The position numbers were made by a program, and so were the translations under genes. DNA of 58,951 nt, taken from positions 1 to 58,951 of the IMG/VR virus record IMGVR_UViG_3300037313_001644, one strand, 5' to 3'. Positions 9,673 through 18,122 of this stretch are shown here, piece by piece. The stretch's first letter is position 1; each line of letters opens with the position of its first letter. The notes beneath the pieces are model-generated. The model was given only the letters and a program-made list of their open reading frames with translations, was not told the DNA's origin and made no database searches. Origin of the DNA: a virus. Its lineage: Duplodnaviria > Caudoviricetes.

Positions 9673-10370
9673 GCGGCAACGAGTTCAGCTTCGGTTTCGA
9701 GTTCACGGCGAGGGACGGCATGACCCCGATTGCAAGCGGCGACTTCACCAATATCGCGACGAACAATGCCGCCGATGGTGTTTACACGATCAATGGTTCT
9801 ACAGTGAGCATCGGGGACATCATTGACCTCGACAACGCTAATACTGTTTTCGATCCGGCACAGGACATCGATGAAGGTGGAATTAAAACACGTTTCAACA
9901 TCGGTCCGGGGACCTATACCGACAGAACACTCGCGATAAATACGCCGCTTCTGACGCAGCTTCTGACGGATGGTTTTACCATTACCATCGATCTTTACGC
10001 GAATGCTAACATAGCAGTTAGCATGTATGCCGCAGATGACGGATTCAATTTTCAGTCTGGCGGCGGGACAAGCAACGACGGCCCATCTCACAGGACCAAA
10101 GTCAGTGACAAGAACTTTAACGAAGTTCTGGACGACACGATTTACCCCCCACTCGGCCAGTCTAGCAGATTGGCGATAGTGGTTGCTTCTGACCATGTAA
10201 GTGCAAGCCTCAACGGGTCGCCAGCCATCACGGTCGCAGGACCCGGCCTAGACCCATCGATGGCCGAGATCATACTCAATTTGAGCGGTTCTGCTGACGA
10301 GCGGATGCGCTCCTTCGCTTTTTACGATGTCGTCGCCGACGCCGACCTGCCGGCTCTCTCTGCGCTGTAG
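9669..10370 (+). CDS. Putative head fibre / lectin-like protein
   Basis: Lower GC than neighbours; N-terminal FSFGFEF alternating motif; beta-sandwich-like C terminus (LAIVV...SASLNG). Confidence 0.55.
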   Translation: MSGNEFSFGFEFTARDGMTPIASGDFTNIATNNAADGVYTINGSTVSIGDIIDLDNANTVFDPAQDIDEGGIKTRFNIGPGTYTDRTLAINTPLLTQLLTDGFTITIDLYANANIAVSMYAADDGFNFQSGGGTSNDGPSHRTKVSDKNFNEVLDDTIYPPLGQSSRLAIVVASDHVSASLNGSPAITVAGPGLDPSMAEIILNLSGSADERMRSFAFYDVVADADLPALSAL

Positions 10371-10431
10371 CTAGCGCGCAGCACGGCCGCTCCCGAATTC
10401 TCACACCCTCCAATTACCAGAGGAGATTGAA

Positions 10432-11058
10432 ATGAAACTCAACCGCCTGTTCGGCGGCGCGTCCGCCGCTGCGCTCGCCGCGACCGCTCGCCAGGTCGCC
10501 GTCGAGGACGACGAAGGCAGTCCTGCGCCCGTCGCCCCGAACGACGACGATGAAGACGAACTGCCGGGCGAGGAGCAGAAGCCTGCAGCCGCAGCACCAG
10601 CACCGGCTCCCGCCGCAGCCGAGCCGCCCGCAGCGCCCGCGCCTGCGGCAGAAGCGCCGACGCCGCCCGCGAACGCGCAGGAGGGCGAACCGCTCAACCT
10701 CACCGCCGAGCAGCGCGAGATTTTCAATGCCGGCGCCACCGCGCGCGACATGGCCTATGCGGCGGTCTTCAGCGCCCGCGCCAAGGCTGCCGACGGCACG
10801 GAGGGCGAGCTGCTCGTCGCCGGGCGCGAGCAGGCCGCAGTCGAGCTGATGACCGACGGCCTGTCGGCCGACAAGACGATCAAGATGCTCGGCAAGCTGC
10901 CGAAGGGCAGCGCCGGCGATGCGATGCTCGCCAACCTACGCGCCGAAGCGGGGCAGGCACCAGCGCTCGCGCCGGGCGGCGGTGAGCCAGCCCCCGCGGC
11001 GAGTCCGTGGGCCAAGGCCGGCAAGAAGCTCGGCTGGGACAAGCCCGAGAACAAGTGA
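10432..11058 (+). CDS. Scaffolding protein (Nu3-like)
   Basis: Acidic Ala/Pro-rich low-complexity protein just upstream of the decoration and capsid genes; RBS GAGGAG. Confidence 0.7.
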   Translation: MKLNRLFGGASAAALAATARQVAVEDDEGSPAPVAPNDDDEDELPGEEQKPAAAAPAPAPAAAEPPAAPAPAAEAPTPPANAQEGEPLNLTAEQREIFNAGATARDMAYAAVFSARAKAADGTEGELLVAGREQAAVELMTDGLSADKTIKMLGKLPKGSAGDAMLANLRAEAGQAPALAPGGGEPAPAASPWAKAGKKLGWDKPENK

Positions 11059-11116
11059 TCCACCGGCCCTCGCGGCCCTCCAACCTCATATTCCTCGAAG
11101 CGAAGGGATTTCTGCC

Positions 11117-11782
11117 ATGACTGTCATCACTTCCAGCCACAAGCACGCCGGCTGCTACCTAGGCGAGAGCGCCGCGCTCAACCTCATCAACGAGGAAGCG
11201 GTCCTGATCAGCGGGTCGGGCGTCGTCGACGCCGGCACGGTGCTCGGCGAGATCGAGAGCGGCACGCAGACCGTCACCGCGACGGCCAAGTCGGGCAACA
11301 CCGGCAACGGCGCGATCGGCACGGTCACCGCCGATGCGGGTGCACCGAGCGGCACCTACAAGCTGACCATCATCGAGCCCGCCACGAACGGCGGCACGTT
11401 CCGCGTCGAGAACCCCGACGGCACCGAGGACGGCACCGGCACGGTGGGCGTCGCCTACAACGGCGCGATCAACTTCACGCTCGCCGACGGCGCGACTGAC
11501 TTCGTCGCCGGCGACGGCTTCAGCGTCAGCGTCAGCTACGCCTCGAGCACGAAGTATGCGCCGTGGGATCCCGCGGGCAACGACGGCCGCGAGGTCGCCG
11601 CAGCCATCCTCTACGACAAGGTCGACGCGACGGCGGCCGACAAGCCGATCGTCGTCACCAAGCGCGGCCCCGCCACGATCAGCGATCCGTACCTGACCTA
11701 CAAGACGGGTGCGACCGACAACCAGAAGGCCGCGGCGCGCGAGCAGCTCAAGGCCAAGGGGATGATCGTCCTGACGGCCTGA
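11117..11782 (+). CDS. Head decoration protein (gpD-like) with an inserted beta domain
   Basis: AGTVLG, YAPWDPAGNDG...AAAILY and C-terminal LKAKGMIV. Confidence 0.9.
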   Translation: MTVITSSHKHAGCYLGESAALNLINEEAVLISGSGVVDAGTVLGEIESGTQTVTATAKSGNTGNGAIGTVTADAGAPSGTYKLTIIEPATNGGTFRVENPDGTEDGTGTVGVAYNGAINFTLADGATDFVAGDGFSVSVSYASSTKYAPWDPAGNDGREVAAAILYDKVDATAADKPIVVTKRGPATISDPYLTYKTGATDNQKAAAREQLKAKGMIVLTA

Positions 11783-11848
11783 CCGTCACCAACCTCGAAC
11801 TCGCCAAAGCCGGGCGATCCTCACTCCCACAGAAGGGACAGCACTACC

Positions 11849-12880
11849 ATGATCACCCTCGACATCTTCAACAATGACGCGTTCGCCGTCACGACCATGC
11901 TCGAGCCGGTCAACAAAATGCCTACTCTGCCAGGCGTCCTCGGCTCGCTCGGCATCTTCGAAGCCCGCGGCGTCAGCACCACCTCCGTCGGCATCGGGCT
12001 GAAGGAAGGCCGCCTCGACCTCATCGAGACGACCCCCCGCGGCGCGCCGATCAAGATGGCCGAGCCGCGCGACCGCAACGTCCGCAACTTCAACATCCCG
12101 CGCATCGCCAAGGGCGACAAGCTCTTCGCGGCCGAGCTGCAGAACGTCGTGCCGGATCCCGGCGAGACCGACGTCGACCTCGCGGTCCGCATCGTCGCGG
12201 AGAAGCAGCAGCAGCTGAAGCAGGACGTCACCTACACCGACGAGTTCTTCATGCTCGGCGCCATCCAGGGCCTGCTGCTCGATGCCGACGGCTCGACCAT
12301 CTACGATTTCTACGACGAGTGGGACATCTCCACGCCCGCAGAGATCGACATGGACCTCACCACGCTTGCCGACGGCGACCTGCGAACGCGCATTGTCAGC
12401 CAGATCAGCCGCCCGCTGATCCGCGCGGCGGGTGCGGGAACGGCGATCCGCCGCGTCATCGGCCTCGCCGGCGACACGTTCTTCGACTCGCTCGTCGCCA
12501 ACCCCGAGGTCCGCGAGACCTATCTGCAGTGGAACGCCGCGCAGGAGCTGCGCGGCAACAACGGCGAAGGCGCGGCCTTCTCGACGTTCCGCTACGGCGG
12601 CGTCGACTGGCTCAACTACCAGGGGTCGGACGACAACGACACTATCGCGATCGACACCGACGACGCGGTGATCTTCCCCGTCGGCGTGCCGGGGATGTTC
12701 CGCAAGGTCATGGGCCCCGGCGAGGCGTTCGGGCAGGTCAACCGCATCGGCGTCGACGTCTATCCGCTGATCGTCCGCGACGAGCAGCGCGATATGTGGG
12801 TGCAGCCCGAAATCTACGCCTACCACCTGTTCCTGAACACGCGGCCGGACCTGGTCCTCAGGGCCACCGTCGGCGCGTAA
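11849..12880 (+). CDS. Major capsid protein, lambda gpE family
   Basis: LDIFNNDAF, TTPRGAP, GAIQGLLLDADG and LNTRP motifs. Confidence 0.95.
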   Translation: MITLDIFNNDAFAVTTMLEPVNKMPTLPGVLGSLGIFEARGVSTTSVGIGLKEGRLDLIETTPRGAPIKMAEPRDRNVRNFNIPRIAKGDKLFAAELQNVVPDPGETDVDLAVRIVAEKQQQLKQDVTYTDEFFMLGAIQGLLLDADGSTIYDFYDEWDISTPAEIDMDLTTLADGDLRTRIVSQISRPLIRAAGAGTAIRRVIGLAGDTFFDSLVANPEVRETYLQWNAAQELRGNNGEGAAFSTFRYGGVDWLNYQGSDDNDTIAIDTDDAVIFPVGVPGMFRKVMGPGEAFGQVNRIGVDVYPLIVRDEQRDMWVQPEIYAYHLFLNTRPDLVLRATVGA

Positions 12881-12902
12881 GCGCGCGTCAGGCAACGCAT
12901 CC

Positions 12903-12941
12903 GCGGCCCGCCCAGCCCAGCGCCGGGCGGGCCGTTTTCTT
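12903..12941 (+). terminator. Intrinsic terminator after the major capsid gene
   Basis: GCGGCCCGCCC...GGGCGGGCCGT stem followed by TTTCTT. Confidence 0.75.
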
Positions 12942-12965
12942 CATCAGCCTTCAGGACAAAAAGCC

Positions 12966-13526
12966 ATGGTCGCTTGCAAGGTTCTCAGCCCCTTCACCGA
13001 ATATGTGCCCGGCACCGGCATGGTCGTCGGCAACTTGAATGCCGTGGTCGAGCTCCCCCTGCGCTACGCCAGGGTGCGCCGTGAACGCGGCTTCGTCGAC
13101 TACAAGGACGGCGATGCCGCCGAGGAAGAGGGCATGGACGCCGCACGGCCGAAGAGCCGCATCGAGAAGCGCCTCATGGCGCGCGCCCAGCGCCGCGCCG
13201 AGCGCGCCGCGCGCCCCGCGGCCGCAGCGGCTCCGCCGCGCGAGACGACCCCGCCATCGCGCATCGGTGAGGCGAGCACGAAGGCCGCAGCGAAGCCCAA
13301 GGCCAAGGGCCGCTCCAAGGCGAGGACCCCCGCCAACCCCGCGCTCGCGGCCGCCCGCGCCGATTACAAGGCCGTGGTCGGCAAGAACCCGTCGCCGCGG
13401 CTCGACGCGGCCGGCATCCGTGAGAAGCTGGCCGAGATCAAGGCATCCGGCTCCGCGCCAGCGCCGGCGAAGCGCCCGAGCCGCGCGAAGAAGCCCGCGA
13501 TCCAGAGCGACGCGCCGGTTGAATGA
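12966..13526 (+). CDS. Basic Lys/Ala/Arg-rich protein in the gpFI position
   Basis: Follows the capsid gene; overlaps the next gene. Confidence 0.65.
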   Translation: MVACKVLSPFTEYVPGTGMVVGNLNAVVELPLRYARVRRERGFVDYKDGDAAEEEGMDAARPKSRIEKRLMARAQRRAERAARPAAAAAPPRETTPPSRIGEASTKAAAKPKAKGRSKARTPANPALAAARADYKAVVGKNPSPRLDAAGIREKLAEIKASGSAPAPAKRPSRAKKPAIQSDAPVE

Positions 13527-13858
13527 CGCGCCTTCGCGACGCGACGGCCGCGCTCGAGACGGTCGTCAATGACACGCTCGGCGACGAGATCACCTACACG
13601 CCCGCCGGCGGGGAGCCGCTGACGTTCAACGCGTGGGTGGAGTTCGAGAACGCGCTTCTGCACGCCTCCGGCTCGGCCGGACGCGCGCGGCGCCGCGTCG
13701 TCGAGGTGCCCAAGGCGAAGGTCGCGGCCGTGAACAAGGAAGACGACCGCATCTCCATTGCGATCGTTGCCGGCGTGACGTTCAAGCCCGCCGACGTCGA
13801 GGAAGGCGAGGGCGGCAACACCTGGCGGGTCACGCTGTCGCAGGTGCGCGATGCCTGA
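13523..13858 (+). CDS. Head-tail joining protein (gpFII-like)
   Basis: Synteny; LGDEITYTP...WRVTL beta-barrel pattern. Confidence 0.75.
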   Translation: MTRLRDATAALETVVNDTLGDEITYTPAGGEPLTFNAWVEFENALLHASGSAGRARRRVVEVPKAKVAAVNKEDDRISIAIVAGVTFKPADVEEGEGGNTWRVTLSQVRDA

Positions 13859-14309
13859 CGCCGCGCTCATCCAGATCACCAGTGCGATCAAGGCGCAGCT
13901 CGAGGCCGCGGAAGACGCCAACATCTTCGCCGACCGCGACGATGCCGAGCCGATCCAGGAGAGCGAGCGGCCGGCGAAGGTCATCCGCTGCACCGACGTC
14001 GTGCTCGACGAATATATGGAGCAGGGCCTCAGCAGCCAGCTGCACGAGGCGACGTTCGACATCGACCATTACGCCGACGCCGACAGCAGCGACAATCTGA
14101 ACACCCAGCTCAGCAACATGATCGCCGCCACGGTGCCGCTGCTGGCGGAGGACAACTGGTCGCTCGGCGGCAAGGTGTTCGAGTTCGTCTTCCTCAGCGT
14201 CACCGCCAACGCCGACGACGTCCCCGATGCCGGGGTCGCGATCCTGACCTTCAAGGTCAAGTTCCTGACTCCGCTCGGCGACTGGACGACCATCATCCCG
14301 TTCGCCTGA
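13851..14309 (+). CDS. Tail terminator protein (gpU-like)
   Basis: Synteny; acidic; DNWSLGGKV pattern. Confidence 0.7.
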   Translation: MPDAALIQITSAIKAQLEAAEDANIFADRDDAEPIQESERPAKVIRCTDVVLDEYMEQGLSSQLHEATFDIDHYADADSSDNLNTQLSNMIAATVPLLAEDNWSLGGKVFEFVFLSVTANADDVPDAGVAILTFKVKFLTPLGDWTTIIPFA

Positions 14310-14331
14310 CTTTCAAACCAGAGAGGTTCAC

Positions 14332-14544
14332 ATGACCAAGCACACCGAGAAGGTCGGCAAGCTGCCGAACGCGTCGATCGATTTCTCCAAGGTCCATGCC
14401 AACGCCAGGGCGGGCAAGGACGACGTCTTCGACAAGGCGCTGAGCCACCAGCGCAAGGCCGCCGAGCCCGACGCCGGCGAAGCCGCTGTGGACAAGGTCG
14501 CGCTCGCCGCGCCGGTCGTACCCGCTGCCGACGACGACAAATAG
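14332..14544 (+). CDS. Small hypothetical protein
   Basis: RBS GAGAGG; fills the gap between terminator and tube genes. Confidence 0.6.
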   Translation: MTKHTEKVGKLPNASIDFSKVHANARAGKDDVFDKALSHQRKAAEPDAGEAAVDKVALAAPVVPAADDDK

Positions 14545-14588
14545 CCGCTGCCGCCAGCACGCCAGATTAACCAGAAAGGATCCTCGCG

Positions 14589-15788
14589 ATGCCCGACCGT
14601 TCCGCCAATACCGTCCTCGGCCTTGCGCTCGAGGTCACGCCCGGCACCTTCGTGGCGCCGTCGGCGCCCGACGACCTCCTCACCGTCGCCGATCTGAGGC
14701 CCAACATCGCCGGCCTGACGAGCGACGTGAATGAGTTCACCGGCTCGATTCACAAGCCCGGCGCAAAGGTCGGCGGCGCGACCTTCGAGGTCAGCGGCCG
14801 CTGTCTCCTGCGCGGCCCCGGCGGTTCATCGCCGCCGACAGCCGATGCGTATGTCGCGGGCCGCATCCTGCGCGCCGCAGGCTTCGCAGAGACGATCCTC
14901 GACGCGTCCGTTCCTTCGGGCGGCGCCGAGGCGCTCGGTGGGTCGGGCAACACCACGAGCATCGCCGCACTCGGCACGGGCGCTACCGCGACGGACGACC
15001 TCTACACCGGCCTCGCCATCGAGCTCGCGAGCCTCGGCACGATCGGGCAGGCCGCGAGCCTCGCGATGATCAAGGACTATGTCGGCACCGGCAAGCTCGC
15101 CTCGATCGCGCAGACCGCCGGCGCGGCCTACACCGGCAATTACCTGATCCCGCCGCAGCTCGCTTATATCCTGTCCTCGGACGAGCCGCCCTCGCTGTCG
15201 GCGTCGTGCTGGATCGGTTCGAAGCGCTATGACGGTGTCGGCCTGTCGATCTCGTCGTTCCGCATCAACCTGCCGACGTTCAGCCGCGACAACACCGAGT
15301 ATCCGAGCCTCGAGTTCACGCTCACCGGCGACCTCTACCAGGACGCCGACGACACCTGCCCGACGCCGGACACCTCGATCGCGGTGCCGCCGTTCAAGAA
15401 CGGCAAGCTGTGGATCGGCAACACCGCGCTCGGCGGCACGTCGGTGAACATCGACTTCGGGGCCCAGGTCGCCTACGCGCCCAACCCGAACAAGGTCACC
15501 GGCAACGAAGCTGCCGTGCTGGTCGAGACGACCCGTCGCGCCGAGTTCAACCTCAACCATGTCAGCAAGGCGACCTTCGACTTCATCGGCAAGGCGAACG
15601 CGCAGGAATATCACTCGATCATGGCGATGTACGGCCTTGCATCGGGCAATTACATCGGCGCCCTGGTGCCGAACGCGCGCTTCAACTTCCCGTCGCCCGA
15701 CAACGGCGGGCCGCTGGTCAACATGACCGGCGAGATGCTGATCGACGATTCCGACTACGGCATCGCGCTCACCTTCCCGTACTACTGA
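14589..15788 (+). CDS. Major tail (tube) protein
   Basis: Synteny, size, N-terminal LEVTPGT pattern, RBS AAAGGA. Confidence 0.8.
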   Translation: MPDRSANTVLGLALEVTPGTFVAPSAPDDLLTVADLRPNIAGLTSDVNEFTGSIHKPGAKVGGATFEVSGRCLLRGPGGSSPPTADAYVAGRILRAAGFAETILDASVPSGGAEALGGSGNTTSIAALGTGATATDDLYTGLAIELASLGTIGQAASLAMIKDYVGTGKLASIAQTAGAAYTGNYLIPPQLAYILSSDEPPSLSASCWIGSKRYDGVGLSISSFRINLPTFSRDNTEYPSLEFTLTGDLYQDADDTCPTPDTSIAVPPFKNGKLWIGNTALGGTSVNIDFGAQVAYAPNPNKVTGNEAAVLVETTRRAEFNLNHVSKATFDFIGKANAQEYHSIMAMYGLASGNYIGALVPNARFNFPSPDNGGPLVNMTGEMLIDDSDYGIALTFPYY

Positions 15789-15859
15789 TCGTCCTAGCTA
15801 GGGCGGCGGTGCAACGCCGCCGCCCTTCGTTCCCCACCGAAGCAAAGGCAAAGCCGGCC

Positions 15860-16654
15860 ATGACTTCAACCGTCCCCTTCTCGGGCGACGAGGTGCACGA
15901 GTTCACCCCGCCGACCCTCGAGAACATCGTCCCCACGCCGAGATTCCGCTTCCGCGCCGCAACCGAGCGCGATCGCAAGCGCTACGGCCACCTCCTCACA
16001 TCCGAAGGCCTCAGGCAGTTCCCCGACGAGATCATTCGTGCGGAAATCCTTGCGACTCTGCAGCGCGAATGGTCGGAGGAAACCTTCAAGACCGAGAGCG
16101 CGCGCCTGCTCGATATCTTCGAGCGCATCGACCAGAAGCTCGACGTCAGCGACGATGAGCGCGAGGCCGCGGCTGAGCTGACCATGCGCTGCATGGACGT
16201 GTCGCCGATGCTGCGCCGCATGGACGCAGACAACCGCCGCTTTGCCGAAGAGGCTCCGATGGTGGCGCTCGGCATGTTCCTGGTCGGCTGGACGAACATG
16301 CCGACGCAGTTCCGCCGCGAGGCCGGCATCGTGCCGACGGCAACGCTCGACCTGCTCGGCCGCGACCTGCTCAAGATCGAGCAGCAGGCGGTCGAGGACA
16401 ATGTCGAGGGCGTGACCGCGGGCCTCGGCTTCATCCAGCTCTGCACCCACGCCTTCCACCTGATGCTGCTCGACGAGGATGCGGAAAAAAACTCGTCTGC
16501 GCCGTCCCGATCGTCCGCCACCCGGAATGGTTCGAAGGCGAGCAACCGTCGGGATGGCGCATCGAAGCGGAGATCAGGGGGCAGCCGCGGACGTTCGAGT
16601 TCGCGGAAGACCAAAACCCCAGAGACGCCGTCCCCGAGCATTTCCGCGAGCTAG
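15860..16654 (+). CDS. Tail assembly chaperone (gpG-like)
   Basis: Follows the tube gene; contains slippery site A AAA AAC at 16486-16492 (EKN). Confidence 0.8.
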   Translation: MTSTVPFSGDEVHEFTPPTLENIVPTPRFRFRAATERDRKRYGHLLTSEGLRQFPDEIIRAEILATLQREWSEETFKTESARLLDIFERIDQKLDVSDDEREAAAELTMRCMDVSPMLRRMDADNRRFAEEAPMVALGMFLVGWTNMPTQFRREAGIVPTATLDLLGRDLLKIEQQAVEDNVEGVTAGLGFIQLCTHAFHLMLLDEDAEKNSSAPSRSSATRNGSKASNRRDGASKRRSGGSRGRSSSRKTKTPETPSPSISAS

Positions 16655-16809
16655 TCGTCCTCTGGTATCAGTGCCGCGACGGGCTCGGCAAGGTGCAATG
16701 GCCGGACGGCGGTCCTTACCTTGATCAGCCCGTGCGGCTGGTGAGGGCATTCGGTCTCATCGGCGCCGAGGTGCGCCGCTGGGACAAGCTGGAGGAGCCG
16801 AAACGATGA
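15860..16809 (+). CDS. Frameshifted tail assembly chaperone (gpGT-like), -1 shift at 16486-16492
   Basis: The -1 frame stays open for about 105 codons (…WPDGGPYLDQP…) to TGA 16807-16809, overlapping the next ATG; missing from the ORF track. Confidence 0.8.
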
Positions 16810-17504
16810 TGCCGCGCCTGAGCCTCAGCTACGGCACCGGCATCTCGCTCGGGCCGTTCCGCCGCGACATGCTGGCGCGGATGGCGAAGGGCGCGCAGGT
16901 CGCGACCGACCGCGCATCCATCGGTGCCCAGGCCGACATCCGCTCGGCGATGCGCGGGCAGCGGCTCGGCGGCCTTGCGAACGCGATCAAGCAGACGTCG
17001 GACCTGAAGAAGGGCAGGGTGAAGATCACCGGCAACGGCGGCTTCAGCGTCAGCGGCATCGTTTATGCCCATGTCAGGAGCGAGCGCACCAAGGGAGCGC
17101 TGGACGCCTACACCGAGGGCGCGCAGATCGTGCCGAAGAACGGCCGCTGGCTCGCGATTGCCACGAACGAGATCCCGCGGCTGGTCGGACGCTACCGCAT
17201 GACGCCGCAGCGCTACGTCGAGGCCGGCTACGAGAACCGCATCGGGCCGCTGCGCTTCGTGCAGACCCACCGCGCCAACGTCGCCTACCTGATCGCGGAA
17301 AGCGTCACGACCTCGCCCTACCGTTCCGGCTCGGCACGGCGGTTGCCCAAGAGCGGCAAGGTCCGTGCTGGCCGCCAGCATGTCGGCATCGTCGCCTTCG
17401 TGCTGATCCGGCAGACGAAGCGGACGAAGCGGATCGACCCGCTGCAGATCGCGCAGCGGTGGCAGGGCAGGATCCCGCGCTTGTGGGAGCAGGCGCTCAG
17501 GTGA
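16806..17504 (+). CDS. Minor tail / tail completion protein (gpZ-like)
   Basis: Basic; GAQIVPKNGRWLAI and FVLIRQ patterns. Confidence 0.7.
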   Translation: MMPRLSLSYGTGISLGPFRRDMLARMAKGAQVATDRASIGAQADIRSAMRGQRLGGLANAIKQTSDLKKGRVKITGNGGFSVSGIVYAHVRSERTKGALDAYTEGAQIVPKNGRWLAIATNEIPRLVGRYRMTPQRYVEAGYENRIGPLRFVQTHRANVAYLIAESVTTSPYRSGSARRLPKSGKVRAGRQHVGIVAFVLIRQTKRTKRIDPLQIAQRWQGRIPRLWEQALR

Positions 17505-17516
17505 TATGAACGCGGT

Positions 17517-17975
17517 ATGCGCTGGGTTAACGCAGTCGCGCTGACGCTGTTCGTTTCCACGCCGGCCCTTGGCGGCTGGCAGTGGGCGCAATGGGGCATG
17601 ACGCCGGAGCAGGTGCAGGCCGCCGCGCCGGTGCGCACCGCCGCCTATGCAGACGCGCGACTGGACACGGCGGCGCTGCAATCGCGGCTGGTGACGACGC
17701 ACCGTGCAATGGGCTTCGACTTCTCGGTTGCGATGCTGTTCGACCGTCGCAGCAACGGCCTCGCCGAGGTCAGGCTGCTGCTCAAGGACGAGGGCAAGTG
17801 CCCCGCGCTCGAGGGCGAGCTCCGGCGGGTCTATGGCGCGCCCGAGGCGATCGCACCGATGGGCGTCCGGCGCTGGCGCGACGGCGGTGCAGGGAACATG
17901 GTGACGTTGCAGCCGATCGGCGGCTGCTGGCTCGTCTATGAGCCGATACCGACGCAGGAGAGCAGCGGCCTCTAG
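17517..17975 (+). CDS. Secreted/periplasmic accessory protein
   Basis: Signal peptide ending PALG; WGMTPEQV motif; inserted before the tape measure gene. Confidence 0.7.
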   Translation: MRWVNAVALTLFVSTPALGGWQWAQWGMTPEQVQAAAPVRTAAYADARLDTAALQSRLVTTHRAMGFDFSVAMLFDRRSNGLAEVRLLLKDEGKCPALEGELRRVYGAPEAIAPMGVRRWRDGGAGNMVTLQPIGGCWLVYEPIPTQESSGL

Positions 17976-17978
17976 TGG

Positions 17979-18059
17979 CCGATTTCCTCTGTCGGCGATT
18001 CACGGCCTAAGTATCTGACAAGGTGAAGAAATAGTCCGATTTCCTCGGAAGTGATTCAC
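17979..18059. repeat. Two imperfect direct repeats CCGATTTCCTC-N6/7-GATTCAC
   Basis: Copies at 17979-18003 and 18036-18059. Confidence 0.7.
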
Positions 18060-18074
18060 ACCGTCTAGGCAACC

Positions 18075-18105
18075 GCCGCTCGGGCAACCGGGCGGCTTTT
18101 TCTTT
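18075..18105 (+). terminator. Intrinsic terminator
   Basis: GCCGCTCGG-GCAA-CCGGGCGGC followed by TTTTTCTTT. Confidence 0.8.
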
Positions 18106-18122
18106 GGGAGGAAGGGGAGGCA

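Noticed and set aside
16479-16724. ORF-track ORF as the chaperone extension
   Set aside because: It is the +1 frame with low-complexity Arg-rich sequence; the -1 frame is the plausible one
17979-18059. Mini-CRISPR (25-bp repeat, 32-bp spacer)
   Set aside because: Only two copies, they differ in the middle, and there are no cas genes
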